From positions 864,001 to 928,000 of the forward strand of contig OZ241362.1 of assembly GCA_965200315.1 (NCBI GenBank): DNA of 64,000 nt, given 5' to 3'. Numbering within the stretch: position 1 is the stretch's first letter; every line of letters starts with the position of its first letter. Below the pieces are notes generated by a model. The model did no database searches and was not told where the DNA came from. It was given only the letters and a program-made list of their open reading frames with translations. The DNA is from Candidatus Latescibacterota bacterium. GTDB lineage: Bacteria; Latescibacterota; UBA2968; UBA8231. Below, piece after piece: positions 41,320 through 50,604 of the stretch. Position numbers and translations under genes: made by a program.

Positions 41320-42734
41320 TACGGACTGTCAGCGCCGCCGTCGTCGGGGTCTTCGCTGCTGGCGGCGGGTACGGCCGGCTTTTTGGGAGCTTGCGCCACG
41401 TCGTCTATGTCCAAGTCCAACTCGGCGAAGTCGTCGCTACTCACCACGTACACCGCGTCGTCGTCGTCCTGTTGCAGGTACGAGGTTCCGGCAGTTCCGC
41501 TGAAACGCGCAGCCAGCAAGGTTTGCCCTGCGCCGAGGAGTTCAATACTGAAAACAGAAGTGGCCTCGGCGGGCAGTTCCTCGGCAAAATTCTCGACTTC
41601 GAGCTGCTCTAAGTCGTTCAGGAGACTGTTGATCTTCCACGATTTGGCATCGCGCCCCATAGGCTCGGATAAATGCCACACACCGCTCGTATCCTTGTCA
41701 GCCGCAAACGCGGTCGCAGCCCCGCGCGTCAGGACGATGCGCTCAACCTGCTCGCGCTCAAAGCGCAAGGGCTTTTTGTCGCGCAGCTCGGCGATGCCCT
41801 TGGTCAGCTCTTGCACCAGCGTCGAATCAACCAAGAAGACTTGCGGCCGGCTGGCGTCGCGCGCGTACCAACGGCCCTGTTCATCCTCACCGCCAATGGC
41901 CAAGCGCTTCTCGGCCCGGTCTTCGCCGACGAGCAGGGCGATCTCCACCTGCGCCGCGCGTTCCCCCAAGCCATAAGAGGCCAAGTCGTCGGCATCGGGC
42001 TCTTCGGACGCAAAAGCCGCGATCTCGGCTTGGTTGATTTTGTCGATCAGGCCGTCCACCGCGTCGGCGTTGGCCCGAGCGACTACCGGCTCGCGCATTT
42101 GCCAGCCGGGCTCGGCCTGCGCCAGCACGGTCTCGCCGCCTGTGCCCCACCGCTGCACCTGCATCACCTCGTCTTTGGCAAAGGCCAGCACCCGGCGGTC
42201 GCGCAGGTCAAAAGCGCGCTTGTCGAGGTTGTCGAAGCGCCAAGCGCGCACCGCGAAGATCGCGGGATTGTCGCCTTGCAGTTGGGCGTAGGTGAAGCGA
42301 TCGGTGGGGCTGTCCGAGCCGAAAGCCACTACCTGCTCGGCACCGTCTGCGGTTTGCAGCCGCACCTTGAGCCGCGGCGCGTCGAACCCGTATTGCACGG
42401 CTTCCTCGGTGCTTGCAGCCGCGCTATCGACGATCACCTTTTCCCGCTCGCACTCGCGCAAATTGCGCAAGTAGCGCTCTACGGCCTCTTGGTCTGCGCC
42501 GTCGGTCACCGGCGCGCTCAGGTTCCAGCCGCTCGCCCCCTTGTCCAACACCAAGGCATCGTCGCCGCGCAACAGCTCGAGCCGCTGGGCATCATCGTCC
42601 TCAAAGGCGAATAGCTGCTTGGATTGTTCCGCTTCTTGGCGGCGCTCCTCGCCGCCTTTGATCTCGTAGAAATAGACAAAGGCCAACAGCACCACAAAGA
42701 CGGCGCCGATCACTGCATTGGTCTTGAATTTCAT
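41319..42734 (-). CDS. DUF4340 domain protein (repeated domains)
   Basis: N-terminal TM, repeated W..S/EP...A motifs, YG(F/L), and DLRDRR/ELRDKK linkers. Confidence 0.85.
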   Translation of the reverse strand: MKFKTNAVIGAVFVVLLAFVYFYEIKGGEERRQEAEQSKQLFAFEDDDAQRLELLRGDDALVLDKGASGWNLSAPVTDGADQEAVERYLRNLRECEREKVIVDSAAASTEEAVQYGFDAPRLKVRLQTADGAEQVVAFGSDSPTDRFTYAQLQGDNPAIFAVRAWRFDNLDKRAFDLRDRRVLAFAKDEVMQVQRWGTGGETVLAQAEPGWQMREPVVARANADAVDGLIDKINQAEIAAFASEEPDADDLASYGLGERAAQVEIALLVGEDRAEKRLAIGGEDEQGRWYARDASRPQVFLVDSTLVQELTKGIAELRDKKPLRFEREQVERIVLTRGAATAFAADKDTSGVWHLSEPMGRDAKSWKINSLLNDLEQLEVENFAEELPAEATSVFSIELLGAGQTLLAARFSGTAGTSYLQQDDDDAVYVVSSDDFAELDLDIDDVAQAPKKPAVPAASSEDPDDGGADSP

Positions 42735-45700
42735 GCTAGCTCCTCTTGTACAAAGACCTTTTTAATCCACACGAGAATGGCCGCGTTGACCACGAAGACT
42801 GCGGCGTAGAGCAGTTGGACCGTCTCGTTGGGAATCAGCGAGAAACCAAGGCTGGCACCGGTGAAAATCGTCAGCGCGACCACGCCGGCGCACAACCCTG
42901 AAAACGCCAAGCCGGCTTGCCAAGCCCACGCCGCGTGCCGATAGAGGCCGTAGCCAATGGCTGCCGAGGCCAAGGCCGCGATCAGTTTGACCTCGCCCTC
43001 AAAGATCGCCCCCTCGCTGGTGGCAATGATGCCGCTGATGAAAAAGAACATCGCATTGCCCCAGAAGGTGTACACCAGCCACGACACAAAACCTTCGGCA
43101 TAGGTCTGATAGCCGCGCCTAAGCACCATGACCATGCCCGACAAAGCAACCGCAAACGGCACGATGAACACCGAGACCCAGAGAATAACCGCACCTTGAT
43201 TGCCGATCAGGTTGATGGGGTTAAAGGCCGGTTGCTTGTCGGCGATGGTCAGGCGGTCTTCATCCTCGGTGAGCCAACTGACGCTGCCGATGAATAGCTC
43301 GCCATTGGCCTGCTGAGCAAAGTACTGGTTGGAGGCAAAATCCGCGTCGCCAATGACCACCAGTCGCGTCCGTCCCTCGCCCTCGGGTGCCAAGCTGGTG
43401 TCGGCTGCCGCAGAGACGGCCACGCCCAGCGGCACCGGGCCGCTCAGATCGACTTCCGGGTCGAAATCCACCTCGCCGCCCTCGCCCATTATGGGCGCTA
43501 GGTCCGCTTCGCCCCAACTGCTTTTGTGGGTATAGGCCAGCGCGGCGATGTCCGGCTCCTTGAGCCGGTGTTCAGTCATCTGCACCGAGCGCGCCAGCGG
43601 GAAAAAGCTCATCGTGCCGGCCGATAGCTTTGCGGTGATCGGGTGCTCTCCGTAGTTGATAACCACCGGCACGGAGGCATCCGCGCCAAAGAGCTGGCCC
43701 AAGCCGCTCAGATCGACGACAAAGTCCTGCCCCAGCTCGATCGAGTACTCGTTCAAGAGCGCTTCGAGCCCGGTCGGCTGGCCTGGATCGAGCAAAAACA
43801 GCGCACTGCCCCCGCCGGCCAAGTATTGCCGCAGCACTTCGGCCTCGGCCGCGGCAAAGCGCTCCTGAGGTGCCAAAACCACCATTAGTGTAGCGTCGTC
43901 GGGCACCGGATCGGCGAGCGTCAGCTCTCCCTCGACCGCGAAGTTGAGCTCCTTGAGACGGCCTTTGAGCGTGGAATAGCCCTGCTCATCGACTTGGTCG
44001 AGCTCGGCCTCGCCGTGGCCGCTGGTGAAATAGGCCCTTAGCTCGCGGCCTTTGAGCGCCTTGAGAATGGCATTGCTCAACGCCTCTTCGCTCTGGGCGG
44101 TAATGCGCTCGGTGCGCACCTGCCCTTGGTCGATCACCTCGACGATTGAAGTCCCCCGCTCGCGGATATTGTTCTGCTCGACGCGCAGCCGATTCTTCTG
44201 AGGATCGAGCAGCTCGTAGTCGAAGTTAGACGACACATAGCTGTATTCCTTTAAGAGATCCTCAAAGCGCACGTTTTCCATCTCGCCCATGAAAGTCTTG
44301 ACGTTGACGTACTGGCCGTGCTCTGCGAGGGGCGCGAGGAGCCGGTGGGTGTCGCCCGAGAGCGTAAACAGCGCGTCGGCCGTCATGTCCTGGCGGAGGT
44401 GGTAGCGGTCGCCGAGGAAGTTGACCAGCGCGGCAATGCCGAGCGAAATCACAATGCCCAACCCGGCCGCGCTCAAGTCGGCCAAGCTCCAGCGCCCCTT
44501 GCGCGAGACGACCACAATGCCGACCAAGGCGATTAGCCCCGGGTAGAGCACCACGCTGAGCCAGAAGATCCATTCGCCGTCGCTTTCGGTCAGGGCGATG
44601 GGGTTGTGGCCCGGTTCGCGGGGGCGGATCGAGATTAGGGCCTCGTCCTCGGCCAGCCAGCTCAAGGCGTTGAGCACCAAGTCGCCGTTGCCCTGGACGC
44701 CGAAGTACTGGTTGGTGGCAAAGTCCGAATCCCCAAAGACCACCAAGCGGCCCCCCGCCTCGGCGTCTCGGGCTGCGACAGCCAAAGACACCGGCCCGGG
44801 CTGATCGACGCCCTCGTCGAGCTTGACCGTCTGATTGCCCTCGCTGGTGAGCACGCTCAAGTCGGTTTCGGCCCAACCGGCCTCCGACGTCTGGACTAGG
44901 ATGGCTCCCTCGCGGCCGCTTTGCTCGTCAAAATGCACTGAGCGTCCAAGTTGGAAGAAGGTCATCAGGCCCTGGTGCTTGCGCGTTACTGGATGGTCGC
45001 CGTAGGAGAGGGCGACCGGCGTGGTAAAATCGAGGCCAAAGAGCGAGCCAATGCCGCTGGTGTCGATGACGAAGTCGTCGCCTATCGCCACGCCCCACTC
45101 GCCCAACAACTCTTCCAAGCCGCTGTCGGCGAGCGGGTCCAAGAGCAACAGCAGGGCACCGCCTGCTGCTAGGTAAGAGCGTATGGCCTCGACCTCCACC
45201 GGGAAGAAGGGCGTGCGCGGGCCAGCGATGACCAGCACGGCGCAATTTTCGGGCACCGCCCCCTCGCGGGCGAGGAAGAGCGAATCCTCAACCGCGTAGT
45301 CAATTTCCCCCAATTGGGCCTGTAGCTGCTCCAGCCCATCGGGTTGGTTTGCGAGTTGGCGCTCGCCGTGCCCCACGGTCAAGTAGATCCGGTCTTGGCG
45401 CTCGCGCGTGAGCTTGAGCAGCGAGTTGACGATCTCGCGCTCTTGGAGCTCGGTGATTTGCTGTTGCTTGTCGCCGCTTTCCAACACCAGCGTGTCGTAG
45501 CGGCGGATGCCGTAGGCTTCAGTGCGGAGCGGATCGCGGTCTGGGTCGATGAATTCGTAGCTAAAGCGAGTATTGTACGTCTCGAACTCGGCCAGCAGCA
45601 GCTCGAGTTCGGCGTTTTCACCTCCCTCCATAAAGGCGAGGGCGTGAACGTCCCGGTCCAGCGCCTTGATCGTCTCCACCGTCAAGTCGGCGAGGCTGTG

Positions 45701-45988
45701 CAGCCGGCCCTCGGTCAGGTCGAAGCGCTCGGGATAGCGGTTGCTCAAAAAATTGACCATGGCCACAATGCCAAAAACCATGATGCCGCCCCAAAAGGCG
45801 TTGAGCCAGCGGCCATACTGGCGGAAGAGCGCCGGGTTGAGCAGGCCGGCCGCGGCCACCATCAGAGCACCGAATGCTAGGTTGAAAAGCCCAACCGAGC
45901 CGCTCTCGGCATTGAGCAGATAGGCCAAGCCACCCGCGACCATCAGTGCCGCGCCGACTAGCCCCAAGGGCGTGGTATATGCCTTCAT
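42731..45988 (-). CDS. GldG-like ABC auxiliary protein with two tandem modules and extra C-terminal TM helices
   Basis: Two copies each of DLT/DMT..SL/TL, GHGE, LVV.GD.DFA.NQY, NG.L...SWL and TM. Confidence 0.88.
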   Translation of the reverse strand: MKAYTTPLGLVGAALMVAGGLAYLLNAESGSVGLFNLAFGALMVAAAGLLNPALFRQYGRWLNAFWGGIMVFGIVAMVNFLSNRYPERFDLTEGRLHSLADLTVETIKALDRDVHALAFMEGGENAELELLLAEFETYNTRFSYEFIDPDRDPLRTEAYGIRRYDTLVLESGDKQQQITELQEREIVNSLLKLTRERQDRIYLTVGHGERQLANQPDGLEQLQAQLGEIDYAVEDSLFLAREGAVPENCAVLVIAGPRTPFFPVEVEAIRSYLAAGGALLLLLDPLADSGLEELLGEWGVAIGDDFVIDTSGIGSLFGLDFTTPVALSYGDHPVTRKHQGLMTFFQLGRSVHFDEQSGREGAILVQTSEAGWAETDLSVLTSEGNQTVKLDEGVDQPGPVSLAVAARDAEAGGRLVVFGDSDFATNQYFGVQGNGDLVLNALSWLAEDEALISIRPREPGHNPIALTESDGEWIFWLSVVLYPGLIALVGIVVVSRKGRWSLADLSAAGLGIVISLGIAALVNFLGDRYHLRQDMTADALFTLSGDTHRLLAPLAEHGQYVNVKTFMGEMENVRFEDLLKEYSYVSSNFDYELLDPQKNRLRVEQNNIRERGTSIVEVIDQGQVRTERITAQSEEALSNAILKALKGRELRAYFTSGHGEAELDQVDEQGYSTLKGRLKELNFAVEGELTLADPVPDDATLMVVLAPQERFAAAEAEVLRQYLAGGGSALFLLDPGQPTGLEALLNEYSIELGQDFVVDLSGLGQLFGADASVPVVINYGEHPITAKLSAGTMSFFPLARSVQMTEHRLKEPDIAALAYTHKSSWGEADLAPIMGEGGEVDFDPEVDLSGPVPLGVAVSAAADTSLAPEGEGRTRLVVIGDADFASNQYFAQQANGELFIGSVSWLTEDEDRLTIADKQPAFNPINLIGNQGAVILWVSVFIVPFAVALSGMVMVLRRGYQTYAEGFVSWLVYTFWGNAMFFFISGIIATSEGAIFEGEVKLIAALASAAIGYGLYRHAAWAWQAGLAFSGLCAGVVALTIFTGASLGFSLIPNETVQLLYAAVFVVNAAILVWIKKVFVQEELA

Positions 45989-45990
45989 GC

Positions 45991-46773
45991 TCAGCGCCTC
46001 CATCTCCGCGATTCAATGACGCGCGAGGTCAAAAACAAGCAGAAAAAGGTAAAACTCAGGTAGAACACCACGTCCTTGGTGTCGATGACGCCGCGCTGGA
46101 AATCTTCGAGGTGTGCTATAAAGGAGAGGTACTGCAGGATTTTGGCGGCTGTCGGGCCGGCAAAGCTAGCCGACCAGTCGATGAGCCAAAACAGGAGCAA
46201 CATGCCAAAGGTCAGCAGCACGGCGACGATCTGATTTTCCGTCAGCGCCGAAGCTAGGATGCCCACCGAGATAAAGGTCGCGCCGAGGAACAAATAGCCT
46301 AAATAGCCGGAAAAAATCGGGCCCCAGTCGGGCGAGCCGTACGCTTCGAGGATGACAAAGTAAATAAGCGTCAGGCTGACGATGATGCCGTAGAGCGAAA
46401 AGCAGGCAAAGAACTTGCCCAACATCACCTCGATGGTGCGCAGCGGCGAGGTCATCAGCAATTCAATGGTGCCCGACTTTTTCTCCTCGGCAAACAGCCG
46501 CATGGTCAGCATTGGGATAACCAACAGCCATATAAAGTCCATGACTGCGAAGAATTGGGTGATGACCATCTCGTTGAGATTGAGCGCCGGCATCCCCCCC
46601 ATACCCATCTGCGCCCGCTGGCCAAACTGCAAGCACCAGAGGTTGAACTGCATCAGGATATTGCGGAACAGATAGCCCGAGAGAAACAGAAAAACGCCGG
46701 CGATCACATAGGCGACCGGCGAAACAAAATAGGAGCGCATCTCCTTGGTGTACACGGCGGCAAAATTACGCAT
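45991..46773 (-). CDS. GldF-like ABC-2 permease
   Basis: KEMRSYFVSPVAY, TMRLFAEEKKSGTIELLMTSP and ENQIVA. Confidence 0.9.
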   Translation of the reverse strand: MRNFAAVYTKEMRSYFVSPVAYVIAGVFLFLSGYLFRNILMQFNLWCLQFGQRAQMGMGGMPALNLNEMVITQFFAVMDFIWLLVIPMLTMRLFAEEKKSGTIELLMTSPLRTIEVMLGKFFACFSLYGIIVSLTLIYFVILEAYGSPDWGPIFSGYLGYLFLGATFISVGILASALTENQIVAVLLTFGMLLLFWLIDWSASFAGPTAAKILQYLSFIAHLEDFQRGVIDTKDVVFYLSFTFFCLFLTSRVIESRRWRR

Positions 46774-46774
46774 T

Positions 46775-47707
46775 TTAAGCTGCTACCTCCTCGCTAGTCA
46801 GGCTCAGGAAAATGTCTTCAAGGGTCATATCGAGCGGCCGCAATTCGCGCAGGCTGAAGCCGCTCTCCACCACTTTGCGGGTCAGGTCGTCGCGCACGTC
46901 GGCTCCGGGGGCGCTCGTCACCACGTACGCGCCCTCCTCACCACTAATTTCCACCTCCAGTACGCCCTCTAGCTGGCCGATCATGCCCAACACCTGCTCG
47001 CTGGGGCCGTCTATGTGAGCGCGCAGCACCTCGCCCTCCTTGAGCTGGGCCATGAGGCTTTCGGGTGTGCCTTGGCCGGCGATGCGGCCGTTGTTGATGA
47101 TCGCCACTTGCCCGCAGGTCATGCTCACCTCCGACAGGATGTGAGTGCTGAGAATGACCGTGTGGTCGCCCCCCAGCCCCTTGATGACCTCGCGGATCTC
47201 GATAATCTGCTTGGGGTCGAGGCCGACCGTCGGCTCGTCGAGGATGAGCACCTCTGGCTCGTGGACGAGAGCTTGGGCCAAGCCGACGCGCTGCCGGTAG
47301 CCCTTGGACAGGTGGCCGATCACCGTGTGCCGCTGGTGAGCGATGCCGGTTTTTTCCATGGTGTCGTCAATCCGGCTGTTGAGAGCCGCACTGGGCACGC
47401 CCTTGATTTTGGCCACGAAACGCAAATAGGCGTTTACCGTCATATCGTGGTAGAGCGGCGGCTGTTCGGGCAGATAGCCGATGCGCTTGCGCACCTCCAT
47501 AGATTCTTCGATGATGTCGAAGCCAGCGACTTTGGCTTCGCCCTGCGAAGGCGGCAGATAACAGGTAAGTATGCGCATCGTCGTGGTCTTGCCTGCGCCA
47601 TTCGGGCCGAGGAATCCGAGAATGGCACCCTTGTCAACATTAAAGGACACATTCTCCACGGCGACGACATCTCCGTAGTGTTTGGACAGTTCGAGTACTT
47701 CAATCAC
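46775..47707 (-). CDS. GldA-like ABC ATP-binding protein
   Basis: GTG start after AGGAGGGAG; GPNGAGKTT, LSKGYRQRVG and LDEPTVGLDP. Confidence 0.93.
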   Translation of the reverse strand: MIEVLELSKHYGDVVAVENVSFNVDKGAILGFLGPNGAGKTTTMRILTCYLPPSQGEAKVAGFDIIEESMEVRKRIGYLPEQPPLYHDMTVNAYLRFVAKIKGVPSAALNSRIDDTMEKTGIAHQRHTVIGHLSKGYRQRVGLAQALVHEPEVLILDEPTVGLDPKQIIEIREVIKGLGGDHTVILSTHILSEVSMTCGQVAIINNGRIAGQGTPESLMAQLKEGEVLRAHIDGPSEQVLGMIGQLEGVLEVEISGEEGAYVVTSAPGADVRDDLTRKVVESGFSLRELRPLDMTLEDIFLSLTSEEVAA

Positions 47708-47720
47708 CGTAACTCCCTCC

Positions 47721-48596
47721 TTAGTGTCGCTGCATCCGCGCACGAAAAAAGTGAATGAGAGGTTCGACATAAGGGCGCGACAGATCAATGGCGATTTCGT
47801 CGACGCCCGCCTTGTGCAATAGACTGCTGCGGCGCTCGGCCGCGGCCCGCTGTTCGGCGGCGAAAAACGCGCGCACGCCCTCGTGGCCGCTATCGACGAG
47901 CACCTGTTGGCCGGTCTCGGCGTCTTGCAAGTTGATAAAACCAACATCGGGTAGGTCCCACTCGCGCGGGTCGCTCATTACCACGGCGATCAAGTCGTGG
48001 CGCTGGCTCAAGTGCCGCAGCGCAGGCTCGTAGCCTTGGTCGAGAAAGTCGGAAATGACAAAGACCACGCTGCGGCGGTGCAAGACGCGGCTGAGGTATT
48101 CCAAGGCCCCAGAGATGGAGGTCTTGCGCCCCTGCGGCTGAAAGTATAGCAGTTCGCGCAGGACGCGCAGCACGTGCTTGCGCCCCTTCTTCGGCGGCAC
48201 GAAGACCTCGACCTCGTCGGTGAAGATGAGCAAGCCCACGCGGTCGTTGTTCTTGATCGCGCTAAAGGCCAACAACGCCGAAACCTCGACCCCAATTTCC
48301 CCCTTCATCTGTAGCTGTGAACCAAAGGCCCCGGACGCACTGGCATCTACTACCAGTACGGCGGTCAGCTCGCGCTCCTCGTCAAATATCTTGATGAAGG
48401 GCACTCCCACCCGCGCCGTTACGTTCCAGTCGATGTGGCGCACATCGTCGCCGGGCTGGTATTCGCGTGCCTCGGCAAACTCCATCCCCCGCCCTTTAAA
48501 CGCCGAGTGGTATTCGCCCGCGAAGAGGTTGTTCACCATGCTGCGGGTGTGGATCTCGATCAGGCGAACTTTGTCGAGTATCTCTTTGGGAATCAC
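47721..48596 (-). CDS. DUF58 (VWA-like) protein
   Basis: GMEFAEAREYQPGDDVRHIDWNVTAR, EERELT and ISDF. Confidence 0.92.
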   Translation of the reverse strand: MIPKEILDKVRLIEIHTRSMVNNLFAGEYHSAFKGRGMEFAEAREYQPGDDVRHIDWNVTARVGVPFIKIFDEERELTAVLVVDASASGAFGSQLQMKGEIGVEVSALLAFSAIKNNDRVGLLIFTDEVEVFVPPKKGRKHVLRVLRELLYFQPQGRKTSISGALEYLSRVLHRRSVVFVISDFLDQGYEPALRHLSQRHDLIAVVMSDPREWDLPDVGFINLQDAETGQQVLVDSGHEGVRAFFAAEQRAAAERRSSLLHKAGVDEIAIDLSRPYVEPLIHFFRARMQRH

Positions 48597-48615
48597 GGCT
48601 CGGCTCGCCTTGGCT

Positions 48616-49614
48616 TCAGGGAACTTCAATGTGGTCGAAAAGCTGCTGCACGATGTGATCGCTGTCTATTTCCTCGGCCTCGGCCTCGTACGAGGCGATG
48701 ATCCGATGCCTGAGCACATCGGCTCCCACGGCCTTGACATCTTCCGGGGTGACGTAGCCGCGGCGCTGGATGAAGGCGTGGGCGCGCGCGGTGCGGACGA
48801 GGAAAATAGCGGCCCGCGGTGAGGCCCCGTACTCGATCAGCGGTGCCATGTCGGCCAGCCCGTAGTCGGCTGGTCGCCGGGTGGCCTGGACGAGATCAAC
48901 GATGTAATCCTTGATCTTGTCGTCGATATAGACGATCTCCACCACCTCGCGCAGGCGGCGTATTTCGTCGATACCCACCGCTTGCTTAACCGCAATCAGA
49001 CTGTCGTTGGCCATGCGGTCCAAGATCAGCCGCTCCTCGGTGCGCGATGGATAATCGACTTTTACTTTGAGCATGAAGCGATCAACTTGGGCCTCGGGCA
49101 GCGGGTAGGTTCCCTCTTGATCAATCGGATTCTGGGTAGCCATGACCAAGAACGGGTCGTCGAGTGCGTAAGTCTCCTCTCCGATGGTCACCTGCCGCTC
49201 CTGCATGCACTCCAAGAGCGCACTCTGCACTTTGGCCGGTGCTCGGTTTATTTCGTCGGCCAAGATCAAATGGGCGAAGATCGGGCCTTTCTTGGGTATG
49301 AAGACCCCTTGGTGCTGGTTGTAAATGGTGGTCCCGGTCAGATCGGCGGGCAAAAGATCGGGGGTAAACTGGATCCGCTTGAACTCGGCGTCCACGATCC
49401 TCGCCAGCGTCGCTACCGTCAGGGTCTTGGCTAGCCCAGGCACCCCTTCGAGGAGGATGTGGCCGTTGCACAATAGCCCCATCAGGATCCGCTCCACCAT
49501 GGCGCGTTGGCCGACGATGACCCGGTCCATTTCCTGCAAGATGCGCTCTACCACCATACTCTCGCGCTGGACTTGCTCGCTAATGGCGTGAATATCTATT
49601 GTTGTTTGCGTCAT
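48616..49614 (-). CDS. moxR: MoxR family AAA+ ATPase
   Basis: EGVPGLAKT, RIQFTPDLLPAD, DEINRAPAKVQSALLE and ATQNP..EGTYPLPEAQ. Confidence 0.95.
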   Translation of the reverse strand: MTQTTIDIHAISEQVQRESMVVERILQEMDRVIVGQRAMVERILMGLLCNGHILLEGVPGLAKTLTVATLARIVDAEFKRIQFTPDLLPADLTGTTIYNQHQGVFIPKKGPIFAHLILADEINRAPAKVQSALLECMQERQVTIGEETYALDDPFLVMATQNPIDQEGTYPLPEAQVDRFMLKVKVDYPSRTEERLILDRMANDSLIAVKQAVGIDEIRRLREVVEIVYIDDKIKDYIVDLVQATRRPADYGLADMAPLIEYGASPRAAIFLVRTARAHAFIQRRGYVTPEDVKAVGADVLRHRIIASYEAEAEEIDSDHIVQQLFDHIEVP

Positions 49615-49648
49615 CGGCTGTACTCTCGACATGCTTAGGCTTGGCCAA

Positions 49649-49680
49649 TAAAAAACCGCCCTGCGGATTCGCAAGCGGCT
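49649..49680 (-). terminator. Terminator-like hairpin upstream of moxR
   Basis: Minus strand AGCCGCTTGCG-AATC-CGCAGGGCGG-TTTTTT. Confidence 0.55.
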
Positions 49681-49722
49681 GGACTCATCTGCCTCAGACC
49701 TTTATGACAACTTCATAATGTG

Positions 49723-50214
49723 TCAAGGAGCGGCGGCCTCATCCTGAAATTGAACCCATTCTTGAGGGGCACGCCCGACATTGGGCAACAGATGCCGGGC
49801 ACTAGCGGCCAGCTCGGAATCCGGGTAGTTCTCAATCACGCGCTGATAGGCCCGCCGCGCTTGCTCTAAGTCGCGGATGTGCTCTTCGTATATAAAAGCG
49901 ATCATAAATTGGGCTTCGTCGCCATGCTCGCTAGCGGGATATTCGACCAACACCCGCTCGTAATACCCGATGGCCTCCTGCATCTTCCCTTGCTGCTGGG
50001 CCAATCCGGCGAGTTTTTTCAGTGCCTCTGGCGCTTTGGGAGATTGGCCAAAGCGCTCGATAAAAGCCGTAAAATGCGCGACTGCTTGGTCGGCCGTAGC
50101 AGAGTCGGCCGCCGCGGCCTCGCCGGCCGCGAATAGCTCCTCTGCGCTTTGCTGGTCGCAACCTCCCCACCAAGATCCGGCGATAAAAATTCCCAGTAGT
50201 ATCCTCGACCACAT
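49723..50214 (-). CDS. TPR lipoprotein (BamD/CpoB-like)
   Basis: GGC lipobox-like motif; TPRs with YP.S motifs. Confidence 0.8.
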   Translation of the reverse strand: MWSRILLGIFIAGSWWGGCDQQSAEELFAAGEAAAADSATADQAVAHFTAFIERFGQSPKAPEALKKLAGLAQQQGKMQEAIGYYERVLVEYPASEHGDEAQFMIAFIYEEHIRDLEQARRAYQRVIENYPDSELAASARHLLPNVGRAPQEWVQFQDEAAAP

Positions 50215-50248
50215 CTATTTTTAACCACGTATCGCGGGGGAAAGTTCC

Positions 50249-50548
50249 TCAATCGGCTTTGGCAGCTTTGGCAGCTTTGGCAGCTTTGGCGTCGCCCTTT
50301 TTGCCGCCCGCCTTGCTACTGCCGCTGTCTTTGTCGGCCTTAGCCGCCTTTTGGTATCCATCGCTGCGATAGTCCGTTATGTAAAAGCCCGTCCCCTTGA
50401 AAAGCAGGCCGCCGCCCATGCCGATGAGCCGCTTGACTGGGCCTTTACAACTTGCTTCCGGGCAGGTCTGGCGCGGCGCGGCCGTAATGCTCTGAAACTC
50501 TTCAAATAGGTGGCCGCACTGCTGGCATTCGTATTCGTATGTGGGCAT
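50249..50548 (-). CDS. FmdB family zinc-ribbon protein
   Basis: MPTYEYECQQCG...CPEASC...FKGTGFYITDY. Confidence 0.9.
   Translation of the reverse strand: MPTYEYECQQCGHLFEEFQSITAAPRQTCPEASCKGPVKRLIGMGGGLLFKGTGFYITDYRSDGYQKAAKADKDSGSSKAGGKKGDAKAAKAAKAAKAD
50256..50291. repeat. 9-bp coding tandem repeat (GCTTTGGCA x4), AAK tail
   Basis: Read directly. Confidence 0.85.
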
Positions 50549-50604
50549 GGCGTTGGCTTTCATTATAACTAAAAATATAAACTAAGTAATATAAATTTGG
50601 TCAA

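Noticed and set aside
42731-47707. Gliding motility function for the GldA/F/G-like genes
   Set aside because: These families are widespread in non-gliding bacteria, and no T9SS/gldK-N genes are in the window.
49649-49700. Riboswitch or hammerhead ribozyme in the moxR leader
   Set aside because: CAGATGAG is not the CUGAUGA core, and no known aptamer consensus was recognised.
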